A stretch of DNA of 64,000 bases from Eledone cirrhosa. Lineage: Eukaryota. Shown in pieces: positions 53,277 through 64,000 of this stretch. The notes below the pieces were generated by a model, which worked only from the letters and a program-made list of their open reading frames with translations, was not told the DNA's origin and made no database searches. Position 1 is the first letter of the stretch. Each line of letters begins with the position of its first letter. Both the position numbers and the translations under genes were made by a program. The stretch is from contig OZ024740.1 of the NCBI GenBank assembly GCA_964016885.1, positions 34,782,001 to 34,846,000 of the forward strand. Direction: 5' to 3'.

Positions 53277-54349
53277 AGATAAAGTACTGTGGTAGTGTCT
53301 GTCTGTCTCTCTCTCTCTCTCTAGATAAAGTACTGTGGTAGTGTCTGTCTGTCTGTCTCTCTCACTCTCTAGATAAAGTACTGTGGTAGTGTCTGTCTGT
53401 CTGTCTCTGTCTCTCTCTAAATAAAGTACTGTTGTAGTGTCTGTCTGTCTCTCTGTCTCTCTCTCTCTCTAGATAACGTACTGTGGTAGTGTCAGTCTGT
53501 CTGTCTCTCTCTCTCTCTCTAGATAAAGTACTGTGGTAGTGTCTGTCTATTAGTCTCTCTCTCTCTCTCTCTCTCTCTCTAGATAAAGTACTGTGGTAGT
53601 GTCTGTCTGTCTCTCTCTCTCTCTAGATAAAGTACTGTGGTAGTGTCTGTCTGTCTGTCTCTCTCTCTCTCTCACTAGATAAACTACTGTGGTAGTGTCT
53701 GTCTGTCTCTCTCTCTATCTCTCTCTAGATAAAGTACTGTGGTAGTGTCTGTCTGTCTGTTTCTCTCTCTCTCTAGATAAAGTACTGTGGTAGTGTCTGC
53801 CTGTCTCTCTCTCTCTTTAGATAAAGTACTGTGGTAGTGACTGTCTGTCTCTCTCTCTAGATAAAGTACTCTGGTAGTGTCTCTCAGTCTCTCTCTCTCT
53901 CTAGATAAAGTACTGTGGTAGTGTCTGTCTATCTCTCTCTCTCTAGATAAAGTACTGTGGTAGTGTCTGTCTGTCTCTCTGTCACTCTCTCTAGATAAAG
54001 TACTGTGGTAGTGTGTGTCTGTCTCTCTCTCTATCTAGATAAAGTACTGTGGTAGTGTCTGTCTCTCTATCTCTAGATAAAGTACTGTGGTAGTGTCTGT
54101 CTGTCTGTCTCTCTCTCTTTAGATAAAGTACTGTGGTAGTGTCTGTCTGTCTCTCTCTCTGTCTCTCTCTCTCTCTCTAGATAAAGTACTGTGGTAGTGT
54201 CTGTCTGTCTGTCACTCTCTCTCTCTCTCTCTCGATAAAGTACTGGGGTAGTGTCTGTCTGTCTTTCTCTCTCTCTAGATAAAGTACTGTGGTAGTGTCT
54301 GTCTGTCTGTCTCTCTCTCTCTCTAGATAAAGTACTGTGGTAGTGTCTG

Positions 54350-54387
<38 letters not shown>

Positions 54388-54455
54388 AAGATAAAGTACT
54401 GTGGTAGTGTCTGTCTGTCTGTCTCTCTCTCACTCTAGATAAATTACTGTGGTAG

Positions 54456-54488
<33 letters not shown>

Positions 54489-54833
54489 AGATAAAGTACT
54501 GTGGTAGTGTCTATCTGTCTCTCTCTCTCTCTCCTCTAGATAAAGTACTGTGGTAGTGTCTGTCTGTCTGTCGCTCTCTCTAGATAAAGTACTGTGGTTG
54601 TGTCTGTCTCTCTATCTCTCTCTCTTTCTCTAGATAAAGTACTGTGGTAGTGTCTGTCTGTCTGTTTCTCTCTCTCTCTCTCTTTAGATAAAGTACTGTG
54701 GTAGTTTCTGTCTGTCTCTAGATAAAGTACTGTGGTAGTGTCTGTCTGTCTCTCTCTCTCACTCCTCTAGATAAAGTACTGTGGCAAGGTCTGTCTGTCT
54801 CTCTCTCTCTCTCTAGATAAAGTACTGTGGTAG

Positions 54834-54881
<48 letters not shown>

Positions 54882-55095
54882 TAGATAAAGTACTGTAGTA
54901 GTGTCTGTTAGTCTCTCTCTCTCTCTCTAGATAAAGTACTGTGGAAGTTTCTGTCTGTCTCTCTCTCTCTCTCTCTAGATAAATTACTGTGGTAGTGTCT
55001 GTCTGTCTGCCTCTCTCTCTCTCTCTAGATAAAGTACTGTGGTAGTGTCTGTCTGTCTTTCTCTCTCTCTCTCTCTAAATAAAGTACTGTGGTAG

Positions 55096-55132
<37 letters not shown>

Positions 55133-55545
55133 AGATAAAGTACTGTGGTAGTGTCTGTCTGTCTCTCTCTCTCTCTCTAGATAAAGTACTGTGGTAGTGT
55201 CTGCCTGTCTGTCTCTCTCACTCTCTAGATAAAGTACTGTGGTAGTGTCTGTCTGTCTGTCTCTGTCTCTCTCTAAATAAAGTACTGTTGTAGTGTCTGT
55301 CTGTCTCTCTGTCTCTCTCTCTCTCTAGATAACGTACTGTGGTAGTGTCAGTCTGTCTGTCTCTCTCTCTCTCTCTAGATAAAGTATTGTGGTAGTGTCT
55401 GTCTATTAGTCTCTCTCTCTCTCTCTCTCTCTAGATAATGTACTGTGGTAGTGTCTGTCTGTCTCTCTCTCTCTCTAGATAAAGTACTGTGGTAGTGTCT
55501 GTCTGTCTGTCTCTCTCTCTCTCACTAGATAAAGTACTGTGGTAG

Positions 55546-55576
<31 letters not shown>

Positions 55577-55787
55577 AAATAAAGTACTGTGGTAGTGTCT
55601 GTCTTTTTGACTCTCTGTCTCTCTAGATAAAGTACTGTGGTAGTGTCTGTCTGTCTCTCTCTCTCTCTGTAGATAAAGTACTGTGGTAGTTTCTGTTAGT
55701 CTCTCTCTCTCTCTCTCTCTCTAGATAAAGTAATGTGGTAGTGTCTGTCTATCTGTCTCTCTCTCTCTAGATAAAGTACTGTGGTAG

Positions 55788-55824
<37 letters not shown>

Positions 55825-55829
55825 AGATA

Positions 55830-56035
55830 AAGTACTGTGGTAGTGTCTGTCTGTCTGTCTCTCTCTCTCTAGATAAAGTACTGTGGTAATGTCTGTTTGT
55901 CTGTCTCCCTCTCTCTCTCTAGATAAAGTACTGTCGTAGTGTCTGTCTGTCTCTCTATCTCTCTAGATAAAGTACTGTGGTAGTGTATATCTGTCTCTCT
56001 CTCTCTCTCTCTCTCTAGATAAAGTACTGTGGTAG

Positions 56036-56076
<41 letters not shown>

Positions 56077-56096
56077 AGATAAAGTACTGTGGTAGA

Positions 56097-56141
<45 letters not shown>

Positions 56142-56159
56142 GATAAAGTACTGTGGTAG

Positions 56160-56194
<35 letters not shown>

Positions 56195-57073
56195 AGATAA
56201 AGTACTGTGGTAGTGTCTGTCTGTCTGTCTCTCTCTGTCTCTAGATAAAGTCCTGTGCTAGTGTCTGTCTGTCTCTCTCTCTCTAGATAAAGTACTGTGG
56301 TAGTGTCTGTCTGTCTCTATCTCTCTCTAGATAAAGTACTGTGGTAGTGTCTGTCTGTCTCTCTCTCTAGATAAAGTACTGTGGTTGTGTCTCTCTGGCT
56401 CTCTCTTTAGATAAAGTACTGTGGTAGTGTCTGTTTGTCTCTCTCTCTCTAGATAAAGTACTGTTGTAGTGTCTGTCTGTCTGTCTCTCTCTCTCTCTAG
56501 ATAAAGTACTGTGGTAGAGTCTGTCTGTCTCTCTCTCTCTCTAGATAAAGTACTGTGGTAGTGTCTGTCTGTCTCTCTCTCTCTAGATAAAGTAGTGTGG
56601 TAGTGTCTGTCTGTTTCTCTCTCTCTAGATACAGTACTGTGGTAGTGTCTGTCTGTCTGTCTCTCTCTCTCTAGATAAAGTACTGTGGTAGTGTCTGTCT
56701 GTCTGTCTCTCTCTCTCTAGATAAAGTACTGTGGTAGTGACTGTCTGTCTGTCTGTCTCTCTCTCTCTCTAGATAAAGTACTGTGGTAGTGTCTGTCTGT
56801 CTCTCTCTAGATAAAGTAATGTGGTAGTGTCTGTCTCTCTCTCTCTCTCTGTCTCTCTCTCTCTCTCTAGATAAAGCACTGTGGTAATGTCTGCCTGTCT
56901 CTCTCTCTCTCTAGATAATGTACTGTGGTAGTGTCTGTCTCTCTTTCTCTCTCTAGATAATGTACTCTGGTAATGGCTGTCTGTCTGTCTCTCTCTCTCT
57001 CTCTCTAGATAAAGTACTGTGGTAGGGCCTGTTAGTCTCTCTCTCTCTCTCTAGATAAGGAACTGTGGTAGTT

Positions 57074-57104
<31 letters not shown>

Positions 57105-57219
57105 AGATAAAGTACTGTGGTAGTGTCTGTCTGCCTGTGTCTCTCTCTCTCTCTAGATAAAGTACTGTGGTAGTGTCTGTCTGTCTCTCTCTCTCACTCT
57201 AGATGAAGTACTGTGGTAG

Positions 57220-57256
<37 letters not shown>

Positions 57257-57379
57257 AGATAAAGTACTGTGGTAGTGTCTGTCTGTCTGTCTCTCTCTCT
57301 CTAGATAAAGTACTGTGGTAGTGTCTGTCTGTCTGTCTCTCTGTCTGTCTCTCTCTCTCTAGATAAAGTACTGTGGTAG

Positions 57380-57420
<41 letters not shown>

Positions 57421-57531
57421 AGATAAAGTGCTGTGGTAGTGTCTGTCTGTCTTTCTCTCTCTCTAGATAAAGTACTGTGGTAGTGTCTGTCTGTCTGTCT
57501 CTCTCTCTCTCTAGATAAAGTACTGTGGTAG

Positions 57532-57570
<39 letters not shown>

Positions 57571-57772
57571 ATAAAGTACTGTGGTAGTGTCTGTCTGTCT
57601 GTCTCTCTCTCACTCTCTCTCTTTAGATAAAGTACTATGGTAGTTTCTGTCTGTCTCTAGATAAAGTACTGTGGTAGTGTCTGTCTGTCTCTCTCTCTCT
57701 CTCCTCTAGATAAAGTACTGTGGTAGTGTCTGTCTGTCTCTCTCTCTCTCTCTAGATAAAGTACTGTAGTAG

Positions 57773-57814
<42 letters not shown>

Positions 57815-57832
57815 GATAAAGTACTGTGGTAG

Positions 57833-57894
<62 letters not shown>

Positions 57895-58053
57895 GATAAA
57901 GTACTGTGGTAGTGTCTGTCTGTCTCTCTCTCTCTCCTCTAGATAAAGTACTGTGGTAGTGTCTGTCTGTCTGTCTCTCTCTCTAGATAAAGTACTGTGG
58001 TTGTGTCTGTCTCTCTATCTCTCTCTCTCTCTCTAGATAAAGTACTGTGGTAG

Positions 58054-58088
<35 letters not shown>

Positions 58089-58238
58089 TTAGATAAAGTA
58101 CTGTGGTAGTTTCTGTCTGTCTCTAGATAAAGTACTGTGGTAGTGTCTGTCTGTCTGTCTCTCTCTCTCCTCTAGATAAAGTACTGTGGTAGTGTCTGTC
58201 TGTCTCTCTCTCTCTCTCTAGATAAAGTACTGTGGTAG

Positions 58239-58282
<44 letters not shown>

Positions 58283-58948
58283 GATAAAGTACTGTGGTAG
58301 TTTCTCTCTGTCTCTAGATAAAGTACTGTGGTAGTGTCTGTCTATCTCTCTCTCTCTCTCTAGATAAAGTATTGCGGTAGTATCTGTCTGTCTGTCTCTC
58401 TCTCTCTAGATAAAGTACTGTGGTAGTGTCTGTCTGTCTCTCTCTAGATAAAGTACTGTGGTAGTGTCTGTCCGTCTCTCTCTAGATGAAGTACTGTGGT
58501 AGTGTCTGTCTGTCTCTCTCTCTCTCTCTCTAGATAATGTACTGTGGTAGTGGCTGTCTGTCTCTCTCTCTCTCTCTAGATAAAGTACTGTGGTAGTGTC
58601 TGTCTGTCTGTGTGTCTCTCTCTCTCTAGATAAACTACTGTGGTAGTGTCAGTCTCTCTGTCTCTCTCTCTCTCTCTAGATAAAGTACTGTGGTAGTGTC
58701 TGTCTGTCTCTCTCTCTCTCTCTGTCTCTCTCTCTCTCTAGATAAAGTACTGTAGTAGTGTCTGTTAGTCTCTCTCTCTCTCTCTAGATAAAGTACTGTG
58801 GTAGTTTCTGTCTGTTTCTCTCTCTCTCTCTAGATAAAGTACTGTGGTAGTGTCTGTCTGTCTGCCTCTCTCTCTCTCTCTAGATAAAGTACTGTGGTAG
58901 TGTCATTCTGTCTGTCTCTCTCTCTCTCTAAATAAAGTACTGTGGTAG

Positions 58949-58983
<35 letters not shown>

Positions 58984-59096
58984 AGATAAAGTACTGTGGT
59001 AGTGTCTGTCTGTCTCTCTCTCTCTCTCTAGATAAAGTACTGTGGTAGTGTCTGTCTGTCTGTCTCTCTCACTCTCTAGATAAAGTACTGTGGTAG

Positions 59097-59131
<35 letters not shown>

Positions 59132-59244
59132 AGATAAAGTACTGTGGTAGTGTCTGTCTGTCTCTCTCTCTTTCTCTAGATAAAGTACTGTGGTAGTGTC
59201 TGTCTGTCTGTCTCTCTCACTCTCTAGATAAAGTACTGTGGTAG

Positions 59245-59277
<33 letters not shown>

Positions 59278-59384
59278 AAATAAAGTACTGTGGTAGTGTC
59301 TGTCTGTCTCTCTCTCTCTCTAGATAAAGTACTGTGGTAATGACTGTCTCTCTCTCTCTCTCTCTAGAAAAAGTACTGTGGTAG

Positions 59385-59421
<37 letters not shown>

Positions 59422-59752
59422 AGATAAAGTACTGTGGTAGTGTCTGTCTGTCTCTCTCTCTAAATAAAGTACTGTGGTAGTGTCTGTCTGTCTCTCTCTC
59501 TCTAGATAAAGTACTGTGGTAGTGTCTGTGTGTCTCTCTCTAGATAAAGTACTGTGGTAGTGTCTGTCTGTCTGTCTCTCTCTCTCTAGATAAAGTACTG
59601 TGGTAATGTCTGTTTGTCTGTCTCCCTCTCTCTCTCTAGATAAAGTACTGTCGTAGTGTCTGTCTGTCTCTCTATCTCTCTAGATAAAGTACTGTGGTAG
59701 TGTATATCTGTCTCTCTCTCTCTCTCTCTCTCTAGATAAAGTACTGTGGTAG

Positions 59753-59793
<41 letters not shown>

Positions 59794-59813
59794 AGATAAA
59801 GTACTGTGGTAGA

Positions 59814-59856
<43 letters not shown>

Positions 59857-59874
59857 GATAAAGTACTGTGGTAG

Positions 59875-59907
<33 letters not shown>

Positions 59908-60786
59908 AGATAAAGTACTGTGGTAGTGTCTGTCTGTCTGTCTCTCTCTGTCTCTAGATAAAGTCCTGTGCTAGTGTCTGTCTGTCTCTCTCTCTCTAGA
60001 TAAAGTACTGTGGTAGTGTCTGTCTGTCTCTATCTCTCTCTAGATAAAGTACTGTGGTAGTGTCTGTCTGTCTCTCTCTCTAGATAAAGTACTGTGGTTG
60101 TGTCTCTCTGGCTCTCTCTTTAGATAAAGTACTGTGGTAGTGTCTGTTTGTCTCTCTCTCTCTAGATAAAGTACTGTTGTAGTGTCTGTCTGTCTGTCTC
60201 TCTCTCTCTCTAGATAAAGTACTGTGGTAGAGTCTGTCTGTCTCTCTCTCTCTCTAGATAAAGTACTGTGGTAGTGTCTGTCTGTCTCTCTCTCTCTAGA
60301 TAAAGTAGTGTGGTAGTGTCTGTCTGTTTCTCTCTCTCTAGATACAGTACTGTGGTAGTGTCTGTCTGTCTGTCTCTCTCTCTCTAGATAAAGTACTGTG
60401 GTAGTGTCTGTCTGTCTGTCTCTCTCTCTCTAGATAAAGTACTGTGGTAGTGACTGTCTGTCTGTCTGTCTCTCTCTCTCTCTAGATAAAGTACTGTGGT
60501 AGTGTCTGTCTGTCTCTCTCTAGATAAAGTAATGTGGTAGTGTCTGTCTCTCTCTCTCTCTCTGTCTCTCTCTCTCTCTCTAGATAAAGCACTGTGGTAA
60601 TGTCTGCCTGTCTCTCTCTCTCTCTAGATAATGTACTGTGGTAGTGTCTGTCTCTCTTTCTCTCTCTAGATAATGTACTCTGGTAATGGCTGTCTGTCTG
60701 TCTCTCTCTCTCTCTCTCTAGATAAAGTACTGTGGTAGGGTCTGTTAGTCTCTCTCTCTCTCTCTAGATAAGGAACTGTGGTAGTT

Positions 60787-60821
<35 letters not shown>

Positions 60822-60936
60822 AGATAAAGTACTGTGGTAGTGTCTGTCTGCCTGTGTCTCTCTCTCTCTCTAGATAAAGTACTGTGGTAGTGTCTGTCTG
60901 TCTCTCTCTCTCACTCTAGATAAAGTACTGTGGTAG

Positions 60937-60976
<40 letters not shown>

Positions 60977-61098
60977 GATAAAGTACTGTGGTAGTGTCTG
61001 TCTGTCTGTCTCTCTCTCTCTAGATAAAGTACTGTGGTAGTGTCTGTCTGTCTGTCTCTCTGTCTGTCTCTCTCTCTCTAGATAAAGTACTGTGGTAG

Positions 61099-61167
<69 letters not shown>

Positions 61168-61274
61168 AAAGTGCTGTGGTAGTGTCTGTCTGTCTTTCTC
61201 TCTCTCTAGATAAAGTACTGTGGTAGTGTCTGTCTGTCTGTCTCTCTCTCTCTCTAGATAAAGTACTGTGGTAG

Positions 61275-61313
<39 letters not shown>

Positions 61314-61515
61314 ATAAAGTACTGTGGTAGTGTCTGTCTGTCTGTCTCTCTCTCACTCTCTCTCTTTAGATAAAGTACTATGGTAGTTTCTGTCTGTCTC
61401 TAGATAAAGTACTGTGGTAGTGTCTGTCTGTCTCTCTCTCTCTCTCCTCTAGATAAAGTACTGTGGTAGTGTCTGTCTGTCTCTCTCTCTCTCTCTAGAT
61501 AAAGTACTGTGGTAG

Positions 61516-61575
<60 letters not shown>

Positions 61576-61700
61576 GATAAAGTACTGTGGTAGTGTCTGT
61601 CTGTCTCTCTCTCTCTCCTCTAGATAAAGTACTGTGGTAGTGTCTGTCTGTCTGTCTCTCTCTCTAGATAAAGTACTGTGGTTGTGTCTGTCTCTCTATC
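55830..61700 (+). repeat. Higher-order duplication, period ~3.71 kb (second copy partial)
   Basis: gtcctgtgc at 56250/59963 (offset 3713); shared rare variants aagtagtgtgg, gatacagt and gataaggaact; ORFs 57255/60974 offset 3719. Confidence 0.8.
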
Positions 61701-61744
61701 TCTCTCTCTCTCTCTAAATAAAGTACTGTGGTAGTGTCTGTCTG

Positions 61745-61775
<31 letters not shown>

Positions 61776-62070
61776 AGATAAAGTACTGTGGTAGTGTCTG
61801 TCTCTCCCTCTCTCTCTCTCTCTCTAGATAAAGTACTGTGGAAGTGTCTGTCTGACTCTCTCTCTCTCTCTAGATAAAGTACTATGGTACTGTCTGTCTG
61901 TCTGACTCTCTCTCTCTCTAGATAAAGTACTGTGGTAGTGTCTGTCTGTCTCTCTCTCTCTCTAGATAAAGTACTGTGGTAGTGTCTGTCTGTCTCTCTC
62001 TCTAGATAAAGTACTGTGGTAGAGTCTGTCTGTCTCTCTCTATCTCTCTCTAGATAAAGTACTGTGGTAG

Positions 62071-62101
<31 letters not shown>

Positions 62102-62260
62102 AGATAAAGTACTGTGGTAGTGTCTGTCTCTCTCTCTCAAGATAAAGTCCTGTGGTAGTGTCTGTCTCTCTCTCTCTCTCTCTCTAGATAAAGTACTGTG
62201 CTAGTGTCTGTCTGTCTGTCTCTCTCTCTCTCTAGATAAAGTACTGTGGTAGTGTCTGTT

Positions 62261-62304
<44 letters not shown>

Positions 62305-62358
62305 GATAAAGTACTGTGGTAGTGTATGTCTCTCTCTCTAGATAAAGTACTGTGGTAG

Positions 62359-62399
<41 letters not shown>

Positions 62400-62468
62400 A
62401 GATAAAGTACTGTGGTAGTGTCTGTCTGTCTGACTCTCTCTCTCTCTCTAGGTAAAATATTGTGGTAG

Positions 62469-62503
<35 letters not shown>

Positions 62504-62568
62504 AGATAAAGTACTGTGGTAGTGTCTGTCTATCTGTCTGTCTCTCTCTAGATAAAGTACTGTGGTAG

Positions 62569-62599
<31 letters not shown>

Positions 62600-62628
62600 A
62601 GATAAAGTACTGTGGTAGTGTCTGTCTG

Positions 62629-62666
<38 letters not shown>

Positions 62667-62916
62667 GATAAAGTACTGTGGTAGTGTCTGTCTCTCCCTC
62701 TCTCTCTCTCTCTCTAGATAAAGTACTGTGGAAGTGTCTGTCTGACTCTCTCTCTCTCTCTAGATAAAGTACTATGGTACTGTCTGTCTGTCTGACTCTC
62801 TCTCTCTCTAGATAAAGTACTGTGGTAGTGTCTGTCTGTCTCTCTCTCTAGATAAAGTACTGTGGTAGAGTCTGTCTGTCTCTCTCTATCTCTCTCTAGA
62901 TAAAGTACTGTGGTAG

Positions 62917-62947
<31 letters not shown>

Positions 62948-63102
62948 AGATAAAGTACTGTGGTAGTGTCTGTCTCTCTCTCTCAAGATAAAGTCCTGTG
63001 GTAGTGTCTGTCTCCCTCTCTCTCTCTAGATAAAGTACTGTGCTAGTGTCTGTCTGTCTGTGTCTCTCTCTCTCTAGATAAAGTACTGTCGTAGTGTCTG
63101 TT

Positions 63103-63158
<56 letters not shown>

Positions 63159-63266
63159 GATAAAGTACTGTGGTAGTGTATGTCTCTCTCTCGAGATAAA
63201 GTACTGTGGTAGTGTCTGTCTGTCTCTCTCTCTCTCACTGTCTCTCTAGATAAAGTACTGTGGTAG

Positions 63267-63307
<41 letters not shown>

Positions 63308-63376
63308 AGATAAAGTACTGTGGTAGTGTCTGTCTGTCTGACTCTCTCTCTCTCTCTAGATAAAATATTGTGGTAG

Positions 63377-63411
<35 letters not shown>

Positions 63412-63894
63412 AGATAAAGTACTGTGGTAGTGTCTGTCGATCTGTCTGTCTCTCTCTAGATAAAGTACTGTGGTAGTGTCTGTCTGTCTCTCTCTCTCTC
63501 TCTCTAGATAAAGTACTGTGGTAGTGTCTGTCTGTCTGTCTCTGTCTCTCCAGATAAAGTACTGTGGTAGTGTCTGTCTGTCTGTCTCTGTCTCTCTAGA
63601 TAAAGTACTGTGGTAGTGTCTCTCTCTCTCACTCTACATAAAGTACTGTGGTAGTGTCTGTCTGTCTGCCTCTCTCTCTCTCTAGATAAAGTACTGTGGT
63701 AGTGTCTGTCTCTCTCTCTCTCTCTCTCTCTAGATAAAGTACTGTGGTAGTGTCTGTCTGTCTTTCTCTCTCTCTCTCTCTAGATAAAGTGCTGTGGTAG
63801 TGTCTGTCTCTCTCTCTCTCTCTAGATAAAGTACTGTGGTAGTGTCTGTCTGTCTGACTCTCTCTCTCTCTCTCTAGATAAAGTACTATGGTAG

Positions 63895-63942
<48 letters not shown>

Positions 63943-63960
63943 GATAAAGTACTGTGGTAG

Positions 63961-64000
<40 letters not shown>

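Larger units (their letters stand above)
9542..64000 (+). repeat. Compound satellite array, right contig, same monomer and orientation, with many diagnostic variants and higher-order repeats; continues beyond window
   Basis: Uninterrupted monomers to base 64000. I saw no inversion or foreign insertion. Recurrent variants include tgtcctag, tgtgctag, gtggtcgt, tactatggcagttt, tactgcggtagtat and gtcctgtgc. Confidence 0.98.

Noticed and set aside
11998-62986. Minus-strand ORFs rich in RERE / TDTTTVLYL / HYHSTLS
   Set aside because: These are direct translations of the satellite, open only where tail lengths happen to avoid the stop-containing frame. Starts are mostly TTG/GTG/CTG variants, and identical ORFs simply mark duplicated blocks.
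1175-64000. CRISPR array (constant repeat plus variable spacer)
   Set aside because: Spacers are only (TCTG)/(TC) microsatellite of variable length, not unique sequence. There are no cas genes or leader, and the context is eukaryotic (SINE, non-LTR element).
1175-64000. Telomeric repeat array
   Set aside because: No TTAGGG/TTAGG-type unit; the TGTGGTAGTG segment is G-rich but lacks GGG runs.

Overview
Eukaryotic, non-genic window, about 98% tandem repeat. The first ~1.17 kb is unique sequence. It holds a decayed 3' end of a CRE-like non-LTR retrotransposon of the restriction-like endonuclease (RLE) class (+ strand, ~1-730, frameshifted and internally deleted), followed by a tRNA-derived SINE (- strand, ~878-1080) and a short second SINE fragment. 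The SINE resembles, from memory, the abundant octopus/mollusc SINE, so the host is tentatively a cephalopod. From ~1175 to the window end (64000) there is one head-to-tail compound satellite, broken only by a 200-N gap (9342-9541). Its monomer is a 22-bp core TAGATAAAGTACTGTGGTAGTG plus (TCTG)n plus (TC)n, about 34-100 bp long, with very roughly 1,300-1,500 copies by hand estimate. Diagnostic variants show nested higher-order duplications (exact periods 1344, 2093 and 2158 bp; approximate periods 0.9, 1.8, 1.9, 2.2-2.5 and 3.6-3.8 kb). No intact protein gene is supported, and all listed ORFs inside the array are translations of the repeat. I see no demonstrable new biological system. The most testable novelty is the conserved core, which carries GATA- and RUNX-type motifs next to GAGA tracts in every monomer.
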